A stretch of DNA of 64,000 nt from an uncultured Gammaproteobacteria bacterium (GCA_964371245.1 CAYJKP010000001.1:507042-571041); one strand, 5' to 3'; shown: positions 52,574-64,000, counted from the first letter of the stretch. Translations and numbers: made by a program. Notes: a model not told the origin generated them from the sequence alone.

Positions 52574-52887
52574 TTTATTTTCGTCATGTTTTGAATTAAT
52601 TTGAAAACCAGCAAGCCATAGAGTAAGACGGCTAACGCCAACTTGATGAAAAGATCGTGTTTTGGCTGGACAACCACCGGCTTGGCGCTTGTTTGCGCCC
52701 GCTCCCGACGTCGCGTCCGGACCATAAAAATGACGATGAAGCTGGTGTAGCTGATCACGCCGATGACAGACCAAAACTGGAGCGTATTATCAACCGCCAG
52801 ATCCCAGCCTAAACCGTAGAGTAATACCAACAGGAAATAGACGGGCAAATCGTAATTTCGGTCTCGGATTTTGGTGAGAAAATTCAC
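52570..52887 (-). CDS. small membrane protein
   Basis: Three TM segments; GTG start 4 nt after the pheS stop. Confidence 0.7.
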   Translation of the reverse strand: MNFLTKIRDRNYDLPVYFLLVLLYGLGWDLAVDNTLQFWSVIGVISYTSFIVIFMVRTRRRERAQTSAKPVVVQPKHDLFIKLALAVLLYGLLVFKLIQNMTKIK

Positions 52888-52891
52888 GGTA

Positions 52892-53929
52892 TTAAAATTG
52901 TGATAAAAATCTCAAATCTCCGGCATACGCTAAACGGATATCCGGGATCCCGTAGTAGAGCATCATCAGACGATCGATGCCGAGCCCGAAAGCAAAACCG
53001 CTGTATACTGTTGGGTCAATGCGCATGTTTTTTAAAACGATCGGATGAACCATCCCGGAGCCGAGCATTTCTAGCCAGCCGCGCTGTTTACATACCGAGC
53101 AGCCTTTTCCGCCGCATAAGATGCAGCTCATATCAACATCAAGTCCGGGTTCGACAAAGGGATAATACTCGGGCCGGACGCGAATACGCACCTGTTCGCC
53201 ATACACGCTCTGAAGGAACGCTTTCAGGGTACCAATTAAATCGGTAACGCGGATGCCCTTATCGATAACCAGGCCTTCACACTGATAGAAGGTGCATTCG
53301 TGCGATGCGTCCGTTGCTTCATGTCGGAACACGCGACCCGGCACAATGATACGGACCGGCGGGCGCCGCTCGAGCATGGTCCTAACTTGCACCGGCGAGG
53401 TATGCGTCCGAAGTAGCAATTGATCTTCTGCGCGGCCGCCGGTTGGCCTTTTCGGCGACGTCACATAATACGTATCCCAGAGATCGCGCGCCGGATGGTC
53501 GGCCGGTATGTTCAATAGGTCAAAATTATATTTCGCGGATTCAATCTCCGGACCATCAACTGTTTCAAAACCCATTGATTGAAATATCGACACAACCTTC
53601 CGTAAAAATTGACTGATCGGATGATAATGCCCGAGGCCGAGCGGCGTGCCCGGTATGGTTGCGTCAATTGATTGAAGGGCATTTTTTCGTGCCGCCACGG
53701 ACCGGCGCGAGGCAATGGCCCGCTCAATCGCTTGACGGACATCGTTTGCTTCCCGACCGACCTGGCGTCGCTGATCAACAGGCAGATTTTTCAGCTCACG
53801 CAGAAAAGCGGTGAATTTCGATTTTCGACCGAGGTAGCGAACCGAGAGTTCTTCGAGTTTCTGAGGCGATGACGACTGTTCAATTTCCGACAAGGCCTGA
53901 CGCTGGATGTGTTGAAGGAATTCGTTCAT
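52892..53929 (-). CDS. pheS: phenylalanine--tRNA ligase alpha subunit
   Basis: HPARD, LLRTHTSPVQ, YPFVEP, GFAFGLGIDRL. Confidence 0.99.
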   Translation of the reverse strand: MNEFLQHIQRQALSEIEQSSSPQKLEELSVRYLGRKSKFTAFLRELKNLPVDQRRQVGREANDVRQAIERAIASRRSVAARKNALQSIDATIPGTPLGLGHYHPISQFLRKVVSIFQSMGFETVDGPEIESAKYNFDLLNIPADHPARDLWDTYYVTSPKRPTGGRAEDQLLLRTHTSPVQVRTMLERRPPVRIIVPGRVFRHEATDASHECTFYQCEGLVIDKGIRVTDLIGTLKAFLQSVYGEQVRIRVRPEYYPFVEPGLDVDMSCILCGGKGCSVCKQRGWLEMLGSGMVHPIVLKNMRIDPTVYSGFAFGLGIDRLMMLYYGIPDIRLAYAGDLRFLSQF

Positions 53930-54310
53930 TTAGGAATAGCTTTTACGTGTCAGGAAAAACAGCTCAATCAGTGATAACGAGATGATAAATAAGGCAGCGT
54001 TCCACCAGGTAAATATCCGCATGCCCTGCAGGACAAACGCACCGATGACCAGCAAGGCAAACAAGAGCGCCTGTCGAAATGCGATCCCGACATGTTTGAA
54101 CACCATTTCGGTCTTTAAAAACCAGACCCGAAAAAAGAAACCAAGCAATGAAAACGTACCGATCAACGCGAAGAAGAGGCTGACGTAAAAAAGAAGCAGA
54201 CCGATGAACCCGGTTGAATATGGATCAATGTAAAAAACCACCGTAATCCAGCCAATCCAGCAAATCAGCGTTACGATCGTCATGAAAATGAGAAATCTTT
54301 TTAACGACAT
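53930..54310 (-). CDS. hypothetical four-TM protein
   Basis: Hydrophobic ORF abutting pheS. Confidence 0.75.
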   Translation of the reverse strand: MSLKRFLIFMTIVTLICWIGWITVVFYIDPYSTGFIGLLLFYVSLFFALIGTFSLLGFFFRVWFLKTEMVFKHVGIAFRQALLFALLVIGAFVLQGMRIFTWWNAALFIISLSLIELFFLTRKSYS

Positions 54311-54464
54311 CCTGCTTGTATTTCTACAATGATTTATTATTTATAAGCCAAAAAATGGGTCGTTTTCCCTACCCTTAGAGTACCATAAAAATGTGTTTTT
54401 TTCAATTAAAGTATCCCACTGGTTGGGGATATCTTTTTTACTATTATTAGCCAAATATTGGCTC

Positions 54465-57383
54465 CTAAACCTGGCGAAATTCGCAAATATCTCGAAAGTC
54501 GCAAAAACCGCAATGAAATCCAGGCGTGGCGCGGAAATCGCTCTGGCGTATCGCGTCAGCCGTGTTGCGGATTTTTTCCTTAACTTTTGTTAGCGACGCT
54601 TCGTCCGCGGAAAAAGTTACTCGTTGATTGTCTTCGAGAAAGTGGTAGCTTAATCGGCTTGGTTCGCGTTTTAAGCTTTCGCGCGCGGCGATGGCATAGA
54701 TTAAGAGCTGTTCCGGATCTTCAACCTTCTTTGCCGTCGGTTTTTTACCGGTTTTGTAATCGATAATTTCCACGGTTTTGTCGGACAACTCGTCCAGCCT
54801 ATCAATCACACCCTTAACTGAATACGTATCCACCTTAATAACGAAACCGCGCTCTAAATATAAAGGCGCGGGAAAGTTCCCATGATACGAGTCAAAATAT
54901 GCTCGAAGCGCTTTTTGGCCCTGCTTCTTCCGCTCAGCCATATGCTCAGGCGAATCATACCACTCTCCGATCCAATGCTCCTCATATAATTTTTTCAGCT
55001 GTTCCCAGGTCGGCGTCTGCCCGCGCTGCCGTAATTGGAAAAAATCCTTCAATGTATTATGGATTGTTTTCCCATAACTAAACGTATGTTTCGGTTCGGG
55101 CGGCACTCGGAGAATAAACATAAACCGATATTGGTACGGACAGGTCCAAAACGCCTTGAGTTGAGTAAAGCTCAATTGGGACGGCAAAACGTAGCGTTGC
55201 GCCGGTTGATGCTTTTCCGTTATCTCCTCGGGATAGTCAAGGCCAATTTTAAGTTTTTTCCCAACCGCTAGAACGTATTTCTCATACCGGATTTCCTTCA
55301 AAAAGCGTGAGGGTTTTTTCCTCTGTTTACCGCCGTATTCCTCCGCAGTCGTGAAAAAGAGTCCATCCTTTGCCCGCGTCATCGCTACATACAACAGACG
55401 ACGTTCTTCTTGGAGGTGAATATCTCCGCTCGGCAGGATTTCCCGGACGAGTGCGTCCGGCACCTCGATTTGCTCGCGGCGCTCAATCGATGGAAAGCGC
55501 TTGTCAACGAGATTAACGATAAACACGTAGCGGAATTCCAAGCCCTTGGCCGCGTGAACCGTCATGATCTTGATCGCCTCGGGTCCTTCGCGCATGACCG
55601 AGGGTGATGGGTCCTCGCCGATTTCAAGCATTAACGAGAGCTCGGCCATGAAATTCTTTACCGATTTGTCCTGGTTGCGGTTTTCGAATTCTGATATCTT
55701 TTTAAAAAACTTATTAATATTCAATATTTTCTCGGTATTGGCGAGCGATTCCGTGGCCGTGAGCTCTTTCAAATAGGTCGATTCTTTCAAAAAGCGGAAC
55801 AGAATCTGGCCGACGGATTTCCAGCGGGTCAACTCGGTGTGGTCGGAAATCAGTTTCACGATCGCATCGATCCTTTTGGCCACCGGAACGGTAACGCCAA
55901 ACTCACGGGCGCGCGGCAACACTTCAAAAAGCGATTGGCTGTATTGATGAGCGGCGTGAGTTATTTTGGCTATCTCGACCACCGGTATCTTAAATGCCGG
56001 CACAGACAACACCCGATAAACGGCCGAGCTCTCATGATAGTTATCGAGTAATTTCAAATACGCGATCAAGTCGAGAATCTCGGGCTTTTGAAATAATCCG
56101 CGCGTGGCGATAAATTGAAACGGCAGCCCTTGAGCGGTCAGCGTGGCGATAAACGGGTCAGCCATGTCATTTGCCCGAACCAGGATCGCGAAATCGTTCC
56201 AGCTGGCCTCTTCTTTTTTTCTCAATTCAAGAATTTTCTTTGAAACGGACGCGACTTCGCGCTCGATCGTTTCGCTATGGATATGTTCGATCATGGCTGG
56301 ACCGGTCCGCTGCGACCGTAATTTTTTCGAGAGCGGCGTTTTTCCGGGTCCTGAAAGTTGTGCTTCCAACCGATTCGGATTATTGAGCTGAATAAACTCA
56401 TAGGCGACGTCGAGAATATTCTGCTTGTTTCGGTAATTTTCCACCAGAACAACATTTCTCGCGTTCGGAAAATCTTCTTTGAATTTTAATATATTTGAAA
56501 TTGACGCACCTCGGAATTTGAAAATCGACTGGTCATCATCGCCGCAGACCGTTACGTTGTTTTGAGGGGCAGCCAGGAGTTTAACCAGCTCGTATTGGGC
56601 ATAGTTGGTGTCCTGAAACTCGTCGACGAGTAAATATTTAAACTGACGACGAAATTTTTCAAGAACGGTTTGGCGCGTTTGAAATAGCTTTAGCGTATAG
56701 AGTATCAAATCGCCGAAGTCCAACCAGCCCTTTTCGTGCAGCAAACTCTGATAGATAGCATAGGCGTTGGCCGCTTCCAGCGTCCGCTCAGCCTGTTCTT
56801 TTTCTTCCAGCGTGCCCGCTGCCTTCTCCTTGACCAGTTTTTTTGCGTAATCAAGATATTCCGATGGTTCAATGTGCTCATCCTTCAACCGCGAAAAATG
56901 TTTTACCAAGGCGTAAATGAACCGGTTCGGGTTGCCAAGCGGTTTATAATATTTGAGTTGAAAGCGTTCAAAATTCTGACGGACGAGAAACCACTGTTCC
57001 GGCGCAGTCAGTATTTTGAAACCGGGACTCAAGCCGATATCAAGCGCGTAATCTTTCAGCACCCGTTCGCCAAAAGCATGGAAAGTCGAGACCCAGAGAT
57101 CGACATAACCGTAGGGCAAGAGCAGGTCAACACGCTCCTCCATTTCATTAGCCGCCTTATCGGTGAATGTCAGCGCCAGGATTTCATCCGGCGACGCCTT
57201 TTTCTCGTAGATCAGCCAGGCCAGGCGGTTCGTTATGACCGTTGTTTTGCCCGTCCCCGCTCCGGCCACGATTAATAACGGCCCGTCGGAAAACGTGACC
57301 GCCTCATGCTGTCGAGCGTTTAAATTCTTGAATGACTCCGTATAGGCATCAGCGGTATATTCGGTTTTTTTCTTCCGTGGCAT
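54465..57383 (-). CDS. UvrD/PcrA-family helicase fused to a C-terminal PD-(D/E)XK nuclease with an Fe-S cysteine staple (AdnA/B-like)
   Basis: AGAGTGKT, DEFQD, GDDDQSI, TVHAAKGLEF, YVAMTRA; then CPYQY..GVIDRLD..IIDYKTG..CGFCDFRDIC. Confidence 0.93.
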   Translation of the reverse strand: MPRKKKTEYTADAYTESFKNLNARQHEAVTFSDGPLLIVAGAGTGKTTVITNRLAWLIYEKKASPDEILALTFTDKAANEMEERVDLLLPYGYVDLWVSTFHAFGERVLKDYALDIGLSPGFKILTAPEQWFLVRQNFERFQLKYYKPLGNPNRFIYALVKHFSRLKDEHIEPSEYLDYAKKLVKEKAAGTLEEKEQAERTLEAANAYAIYQSLLHEKGWLDFGDLILYTLKLFQTRQTVLEKFRRQFKYLLVDEFQDTNYAQYELVKLLAAPQNNVTVCGDDDQSIFKFRGASISNILKFKEDFPNARNVVLVENYRNKQNILDVAYEFIQLNNPNRLEAQLSGPGKTPLSKKLRSQRTGPAMIEHIHSETIEREVASVSKKILELRKKEEASWNDFAILVRANDMADPFIATLTAQGLPFQFIATRGLFQKPEILDLIAYLKLLDNYHESSAVYRVLSVPAFKIPVVEIAKITHAAHQYSQSLFEVLPRAREFGVTVPVAKRIDAIVKLISDHTELTRWKSVGQILFRFLKESTYLKELTATESLANTEKILNINKFFKKISEFENRNQDKSVKNFMAELSLMLEIGEDPSPSVMREGPEAIKIMTVHAAKGLEFRYVFIVNLVDKRFPSIERREQIEVPDALVREILPSGDIHLQEERRLLYVAMTRAKDGLFFTTAEEYGGKQRKKPSRFLKEIRYEKYVLAVGKKLKIGLDYPEEITEKHQPAQRYVLPSQLSFTQLKAFWTCPYQYRFMFILRVPPEPKHTFSYGKTIHNTLKDFFQLRQRGQTPTWEQLKKLYEEHWIGEWYDSPEHMAERKKQGQKALRAYFDSYHGNFPAPLYLERGFVIKVDTYSVKGVIDRLDELSDKTVEIIDYKTGKKPTAKKVEDPEQLLIYAIAARESLKREPSRLSYHFLEDNQRVTFSADEASLTKVKEKIRNTADAIRQSDFRATPGFHCGFCDFRDICEFRQV

Positions 57384-57394
57384 TGCTTTGCGAG

Positions 57395-58420
57395 CTATAA
57401 ATTACGTATCTTCTGAATCACAGCGTTATCGATATCAATGTATCCCCTTTTCCGGTTTCGGCGTTCGATCTCCCATGACTGTTCGCCCGGGATGTGAATG
57501 TCTTTCACGCCCCGAATCTTCCGTGCTGTCTTCACGTCTCGGATAAGCCGGTTCACGTCGGCTTGAAATTTCTGGCGCGTCGTAAAAGCCAGGGGGTTTA
57601 TGACAATAAAGAGAAAACCGCGATATAGTTTCGTACTTTTGCCTACGGCCGTGCGTACCAAAGGTCCGGTTAAAATCTCAAACGCCAACGCCAGGGCATA
57701 TCCTTTATATCCGCCGAAGGGCAGTACCGCCGCTACTTTGTTCGGATTTGTGGTCGGTCTGCCCAGACGATCGATCGCCCAACGCGGATCAATCTTCATG
57801 CCCAGCTCTTTTGCCAGTCGCACATGGTAGTACGCCCGCGCCGAGGTTGCCATATCGATCACGATCGGGTACGGTTTGTATGGTATGCCGATGCCGATCG
57901 GATTCGTCGAAAGGATGGGTTCTCGCGCTCCCGTGGGCGCCATGAGCGGCCCGCCGCCATAATTGAAACAGAGCGCGATCATTCCTTGCTGCGCCGCCTT
58001 TTCCGCCCAGGAACCGGGACGGAGAAACGCCTGAATTTTTCCGCCACCAACCATGGCGATGCCGCTCCTTTTTGCTTTTTGCACAACCAGTTTAATGGCG
58101 CGCTCGGCCACGAGTTGGCCGATATCATTGTGGCCGTCGATAAATGCATAGGCTGGTTTATCTACCGCTATCTTGAAATGGCGGCGTTTTTTTCTGTTTC
58201 GGAGCAGCTTCAAGTCACCCTGAGAGTCAGTGGACGCTTGGTAATCCCCTTTCATCCTCTGATAGGCGCGAATAAATCCGAACACGCCGTGCGACCGCTT
58301 GCCCTTTATTTCACCGACGATATATTCTTCGGCAATGATTACTGCTTCGCTTTTCGTAAACCCAACACGCAAAAGCTTGTTTTGGAGTAATTCACGAAGG
58401 TCTGCGATGCGTATCCTCAT
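57395..58420 (-). CDS. Ldh_2 family (AllD/ComC/YiaK-like) NAD(P)-dependent oxidoreductase
   Basis: SHGV, STNPIGIG, DMATS, LPFGGYKGYAL, IPGE. Confidence 0.88.
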   Translation of the reverse strand: MRIRIADLRELLQNKLLRVGFTKSEAVIIAEEYIVGEIKGKRSHGVFGFIRAYQRMKGDYQASTDSQGDLKLLRNRKKRRHFKIAVDKPAYAFIDGHNDIGQLVAERAIKLVVQKAKRSGIAMVGGGKIQAFLRPGSWAEKAAQQGMIALCFNYGGGPLMAPTGAREPILSTNPIGIGIPYKPYPIVIDMATSARAYYHVRLAKELGMKIDPRWAIDRLGRPTTNPNKVAAVLPFGGYKGYALALAFEILTGPLVRTAVGKSTKLYRGFLFIVINPLAFTTRQKFQADVNRLIRDVKTARKIRGVKDIHIPGEQSWEIERRNRKRGYIDIDNAVIQKIRNL

Positions 58421-58447
58421 GGCTATGTCGTTAAATATAATATACGT

Positions 58448-59149
58448 TCATTGTACCCTCTTTTTTTGTGGTTGCAAATGTATGATCTTCCTCGCGCTAA
58501 TCGGATTTGCCCGCCGCAATTTTGCCCAGGCGACGATCAGGGCGTGGAGTTCATTATAATAACACGCTTGCCTCGGCAAACCCCGCTCAAACCATTTTTG
58601 GCATTCATCATAGCTGTTGAACCGCAAACCCATTTCAGCGAGCAGGCGCTTGGTATACGCGTCCACGACAAATACCGGCTTGCCACCAGCGTATAAAAGG
58701 ATCGAGTCCACAGTTTCCGGGCCGACGCCCCATAATGATAAGAGCTCAGGCCTAGCGGCAGTCAGCGGTTTTCTGAAAAATGATTTCAAGTCACCCTGGT
58801 ATTCATTTAACAGCCAGCGGCAAAACACTTTCAGCTTCTTTGTCTTTTGATTAAAATAGCCGCTCGGTTTTATCGCCCGGGCCAGCCTTTTTGCATCTGC
58901 CTTGATTATTGCCGGTGGCGACAAAAGACGCATTTGTTTAAGTTGCGCCAGCGCGCGTTCCACGTTCTTCCAAGCGGCATTTTGGGTCAGGATCGCGCCG
59001 ACCGCGATTTCAAACATCTGCGATGACGTTAACCGCCCTCGTGTTTTGTAAACCGACTGCCACTCCCCTCGCCGCTTTTCCAAAATCGGCCACCAGCCTT
59101 GCGAGCCGAAGTGTTTGTAAAGACACCTGTCTAATTCAATAGGTTTCAT
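58448..59149 (-). CDS. endonuclease III-related HhH-GPD protein
   Basis: WWP, GAILTQN.AWKNV, PSGYFNQK, GVGPETVDSIL, VVDAY, HALIV. Confidence 0.9.
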   Translation of the reverse strand: MKPIELDRCLYKHFGSQGWWPILEKRRGEWQSVYKTRGRLTSSQMFEIAVGAILTQNAAWKNVERALAQLKQMRLLSPPAIIKADAKRLARAIKPSGYFNQKTKKLKVFCRWLLNEYQGDLKSFFRKPLTAARPELLSLWGVGPETVDSILLYAGGKPVFVVDAYTKRLLAEMGLRFNSYDECQKWFERGLPRQACYYNELHALIVAWAKLRRANPISARKIIHLQPQKKRVQ

Positions 59150-59158
59150 GAAGATGTT

Positions 59159-59216
59159 ATGCCACTTTTCTTTAGAATTAGATATGCAACTTTTCTTGAC
59201 CGCAAGAAAAGTGGCA
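59159..59216. repeat. short direct plus inverted repeat element
   Basis: ATGCCACTTTTCTT (59159) and ATGCAACTTTTCTT (59184), both complementary to AAGAAAAGTGGCA (59204-59216). Confidence 0.75.
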
Positions 59217-59223
59217 ATGAATC

Positions 59224-60234
59224 TTATTTATTATCCGTACGGTGGCGATTATTAGCTAATTGACCGCAGGCCGCTTTTATATCCTGCCCAAAGCTGAACC
59301 GCTGGGTGACCGGAACATGGTTCTGACGCAAGGTTTGAATAAATTCTTTTACCTTCTTTGAAGACGCTGGTTTGTATTTTCCGGTCGGATTGTATGGAAT
59401 GACGTTTACCATAAACAGCGGCTGATCCAATAATTCAGCCAGTTGCAGGGCGCATTCCTCGGTGTCATTCAAGCCGTCAATTAAAAGGTATTCGAACATC
59501 ACCCGCCGCTTTGTCGCCTTCACATATTCCGTGACCGCGGCCACAACTTGGCGCAACGGATAGGTGGAATTAATCGGCATTAATTGGCTGCGCAATCGGT
59601 CGTTGGCTGCATGCAGGGAAATGGCGAGATTCACTTCAAGATTTTCCCGCGTGAATTTTTCTATACCGGGGACGATGCCGCTCGTCGATATGGAGATGTG
59701 GCGGGCGCCGAGCCCGAACGCGTTGGGGTCGTTTAACAGCCGGATCGACGACAGCACCGCGTCATAGTTTAAGAACGGCTCGCCCATGCCCATATACACA
59801 ACGCTCTGAACGTGTTCATTGTCTTTCTTCAATAACCGCGCAAACACCAGCACCTGGCTGACGATCTCCCAGACAGTCAGATTGCGCTTGAAGCCCATCT
59901 GGCCAGTGGCGCAAAAACTGCAGTTGACCGAACAGCCCACTTGGCAGGAAACGCAAACGCTGTTTCGGCCGGGATATCGCATCAGGACGGTTTCAATCAC
60001 AGCGCCATCAGGCAGCGTCAGTGTCGCTTTGGTGGTCCGGTTATCTTTTGATTTATATAAATCGGTTTGATATGACAAGGGCACTGTCCCGGCACATTGC
60101 TGGCGTAGGGTCTTTGGTAACGCTGTGGCTTGCTCCCAGTCGCTAATACAGTCTTTAAAAACCGCCTGATACACTTGTTTCAGACGATACTCGGGCTGTC
60201 CGGGAAATTGAAATGGTAAAACGGGTTTCGACAT
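59224..60234 (-). CDS. rlmN: 23S rRNA/tRNA C2 methyltransferase
   Basis: CSVNCSFC, MGMGEP, ISLHA, DIKAACGQL. Confidence 0.93.
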   Translation of the reverse strand: MSKPVLPFQFPGQPEYRLKQVYQAVFKDCISDWEQATALPKTLRQQCAGTVPLSYQTDLYKSKDNRTTKATLTLPDGAVIETVLMRYPGRNSVCVSCQVGCSVNCSFCATGQMGFKRNLTVWEIVSQVLVFARLLKKDNEHVQSVVYMGMGEPFLNYDAVLSSIRLLNDPNAFGLGARHISISTSGIVPGIEKFTRENLEVNLAISLHAANDRLRSQLMPINSTYPLRQVVAAVTEYVKATKRRVMFEYLLIDGLNDTEECALQLAELLDQPLFMVNVIPYNPTGKYKPASSKKVKEFIQTLRQNHVPVTQRFSFGQDIKAACGQLANNRHRTDNK

Positions 60235-60272
60235 CTTCTTGAGAATAGCACACCGCCGGACGAAAACAAAGC

Positions 60273-60300
60273 AAAAACCCCGGCGCGAGGCCGGGGTTTT
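60273..60300 (-). terminator. intrinsic terminator of the atp operon
   Basis: AAAAACCCCGGC-GCGAG-GCCGGGGTTTT. Confidence 0.85.
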
Positions 60301-60305
60301 CTATG

Positions 60306-60770
60306 TTATTCGCTGGATTTTTTCTTTACCTCGTCTTCCTTGATGATTTGGTCCACCCGCTTGGTCCGGTGACGCTCAGCCACCCGTAAACGTGCCAATT
60401 CTTTCTCAATCTTCGTCATGACAGCTGTGAATTCCTTCTGATCAGTCCGGCGAGTTTTTAACAGCTCCTCCGCTTTTTGCCGCGCTTCCCGCGCCCGCTC
60501 AATATCAATCTCCTCGGCCCGCTCAGCCGTTTCCGCCAGCACGACGACTTTGGTCGGTTGAATCTCGGCAAAACCCGATGAGATGGCCATCGGTACGATC
60601 GTGTCGCCTTTTTTTACCCTGAGTTCTCCCGCCGCTATAGCCGTAATTAATGGAATGTGGTGCGGTAACACCGTAATCTCGCCCAGCGGCGTGGGCAACG
60701 ACACCTGGTCGATCTCAGCGCTGTAGACAACGCGTTCGGGGGTGACAATTTGAAAATTAATGGTGGCCAT
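60306..60770 (-). CDS. atpC: ATP synthase F1 epsilon subunit
   Basis: IVTPER, GEITVLPHH, AEEIDIERA. Confidence 0.97.
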   Translation of the reverse strand: MATINFQIVTPERVVYSAEIDQVSLPTPLGEITVLPHHIPLITAIAAGELRVKKGDTIVPMAISSGFAEIQPTKVVVLAETAERAEEIDIERAREARQKAEELLKTRRTDQKEFTAVMTKIEKELARLRVAERHRTKRVDQIIKEDEVKKKSSE

Positions 60771-60774
60771 GGTG

Positions 60775-62160
<1,386 letters not shown>

Positions 62161-62162
62161 TC

Positions 62163-62275
62163 AATGCAAAATTAATAATTCATAATGAAAAATTATGGTA
62201 GATTTTTTTATCTGGTGCAAGATAGCTGGATTATGCATATGTCCATCCTAAATTTTGAATTCTGAATTTTGAATT
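62163..62275. repeat. 7-bp periodic AT-rich repeats at both ends of the atpG-atpD spacer
   Basis: AATGCAA AATTAAT AATTCAT AATGAAA AATTATG (62163-97); AATTTTG AATTCTG AATTTTG AATT (62251-75). Confidence 0.65.
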
Positions 62276-63188
62276 AACTCGTTAGCACGGTGCGTGAAGC
62301 GGAAATCTCGGCTAAATCACGCGTGATCGCGGCCTGCCGGGCCTGATTAAACGATAAGACGAGATCATTGATATAATCCTCAGCGTTTTCGGTCGCGTTG
62401 CGCATCGCCATCATGCGGGCGGAATGCTCGGAGGCGTTTGATTCCAACACGGCCTGATAGATCTGAATCTCGACTAAGCGCGGTAAGATAGTTTGTAAAA
62501 CCTCATCAGGCGACGGTTCAAACAAATACTCTGAAAAATCCATTTTTGTTTCCGCGGTTATCGAAGCGTCGGCTGAAACCATACCCAGGCCATCAATTTG
62601 CTTCTCAATCGGCAATAACTGGCGCAAACGCGGCAGCTGTTTCAGCGCGGAGACAAAATCCGTATAGACCAGCGTGACGCGATCGTATTTTTCACCGCTA
62701 AAATCATCGATCAGTAGGCGCGACATCGGGGTAATGGCGGCAAGTTCGGTAACGACATCGACTTTCTCAAATTCAGCCACGATTGTGTAGCCGAGCTTGA
62801 GAACCGCCTCGCGGCCCCGTTTGCCGAGCACGATCAGATGGAAATTCGTATCGGGCCGTTCATTTTTACGCTGGGTAATATATTCAGAGATGGTTCGAAT
62901 AATTTGCTGATTGAAGCCACCGCATAACCCGCGGTTTGAGCTGATGAGGACAATCGCTTCGTTTTTCACCGGGCGGCTTTTCAGCAGCGGATAGCGTTCC
63001 CGATCGGTTTTCGACGCTAAATTCAAGACCATTTCCCACGCTAATGCCGCGTATGGACGCGTCGCCTGGACCGCTTTGATGGCCTTGCGCATCTTCGCAG
63101 CCGAAACCAGTTCCATTGCCTTAGTAATCTGTTTCGTGCTGGTGATGGAACGGATCCGCCGTTTTATGTCTCTCGTGCTGACTGCCAT
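62274..63188 (-). CDS. atpG: ATP synthase F1 gamma subunit
   Basis: ITKAMELVSAAK, RGLCGGFN, ARQAAIT. Confidence 0.99.
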   Translation of the reverse strand: MAVSTRDIKRRIRSITSTKQITKAMELVSAAKMRKAIKAVQATRPYAALAWEMVLNLASKTDRERYPLLKSRPVKNEAIVLISSNRGLCGGFNQQIIRTISEYITQRKNERPDTNFHLIVLGKRGREAVLKLGYTIVAEFEKVDVVTELAAITPMSRLLIDDFSGEKYDRVTLVYTDFVSALKQLPRLRQLLPIEKQIDGLGMVSADASITAETKMDFSEYLFEPSPDEVLQTILPRLVEIQIYQAVLESNASEHSARMMAMRNATENAEDYINDLVLSFNQARQAAITRDLAEISASRTVLTS

Positions 63189-63205
63189 AGTGACAACGAA
63201 TTACT

Positions 63206-64000
63206 TTACGCTTGTTCAGAACTAAACATCTTTTTATATTCGTCAATCGCCGTTTTCAAACCCGATTCAACTTTTTCAGTCAGTTCGGCTGTTTTCTTCA
63301 GCTCGGCCAGGAAATCGGACTTTTGGCTGATTAAATACTGATGCAAACCTTTTTCAAATGCCGGTACTTTCTCAACCACGATATCATCGAGTAAACCGTT
63401 CACGACCGCGTACAGAATCGCCACCTGCAGACTGACCGGCTGCGGCACGTACTGCGGTTGCTTGAGAATTTCAGTAATCCGTTTTCCCCGTTCCAACTGG
63501 CGTTGAGTGGCTTCGTCCAAATCAGAGCCAAACTGGGCGAACGCCGCCAACTCGCGGTACTGCGCTAGGTCCAATCGCAGGCGGCCGGCCACCTTCTTCA
63601 TGGCTTTGATCTGGGCGGATGAGCCGACCCGGGAAACCGACAGGCCGATATTGAGCGCTGGCCGGATGCCCTGATAAAACAAGTCGCCTTCTAGAAATAT
63701 TTGGCCGTCAGTTATGGATATGACGTTGGTCGGAATATAGGCTGAGATGTCGCCGGCTTGCGTTTCGATGATCGGCAGGGCGGTTAATGATCCGCCGCCG
63801 TGCTTTTTATCCATTTTTGCCGCCCGTTCGAGCAAGCGCGAATGGAGATAAAAGATGTCGCCCGGAAAAGCCTCGCGGCCTGGTGGCCGACGGAGCAAGA
63901 GCGATACCTGCCGATAGGCGGCCGCGTGCTTCGACAAATCATCGTAGATCACGAGCGCGTCCTTGCCGGCATCCATGAAAAACTCTCCCATCGCGCAACC
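63206..64000 (-). CDS. atpA: ATP synthase F1 alpha subunit, 5' part outside the window
   Basis: [30 protein letters not shown]; frame open to the window edge. Confidence 0.99.
   Translation of the reverse strand, partial: GCAMGEFFMDAGKDALVIYDDLSKHAAAYRQVSLLLRRPPGREAFPGDIFYLHSRLLERAAKMDKKHGGGSLTALPIIETQAGDISAYIPTNVISITDGQIFLEGDLFYQGIRPALNIGLSVSRVGSSAQIKAMKKVAGRLRLDLAQYRELAAFAQFGSDLDEATQRQLERGKRITEILKQPQYVPQPVSLQVAILYAVVNGLLDDIVVEKVPAFEKGLHQYLISQKSDFLAELKKTAELTEKVESGLKTAIDEYKKMFSSEQA

Overview
Bacterial chromosomal window using the standard genetic code (TGA is a stop in several ATGA overlaps). It is dense in housekeeping genes: tsf, rpsB, rpmE, prfA-prmC, rplY, rodA, dnaE, thrS, miaB-miaA, gatB, tmk, thyX-dut, secE-nusG-rplK-rplA, gyrB, pheS/pheT, a UvrD-nuclease fusion, rlmN and atpA(partial)-G-D-C. 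The gene content and fragmented operons suggest Patescibacteria/CPR (inference). I saw no rRNA, tRNA, CRISPR array, integrase or transposase. The strongest candidate for an undescribed system is a tightly coupled minus-strand operon at 35208-44398, placed directly behind rplA: dCMP deaminase, P-loop nucleotide kinase, a 474-aa unknown enzyme, FIVE tandem proteins and a macrodomain. Each of the five has a divergent N-terminal region fused to an intact PEP-utiliser phosphohistidine swivel domain, with no recognisable ATP-grasp or PEP-binding barrel. Two adjacent array genes share a 92-bp near-identical 3' end, consistent with cassette exchange. Other highlights are a transcriptional T-box upstream of thrS that appears to present the Thr codon ACC in an anticodon-like 7-nt hairpin loop; a PyrB-PyrI fusion with a candidate leader-peptide attenuator; a CarS-like plus CDP-alcohol phosphotransferase lipid pair; a bifunctional FBP aldolase/phosphatase; and a DacA-RlpA fusion. 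All calls come from motif recognition by eye; no database search was run.
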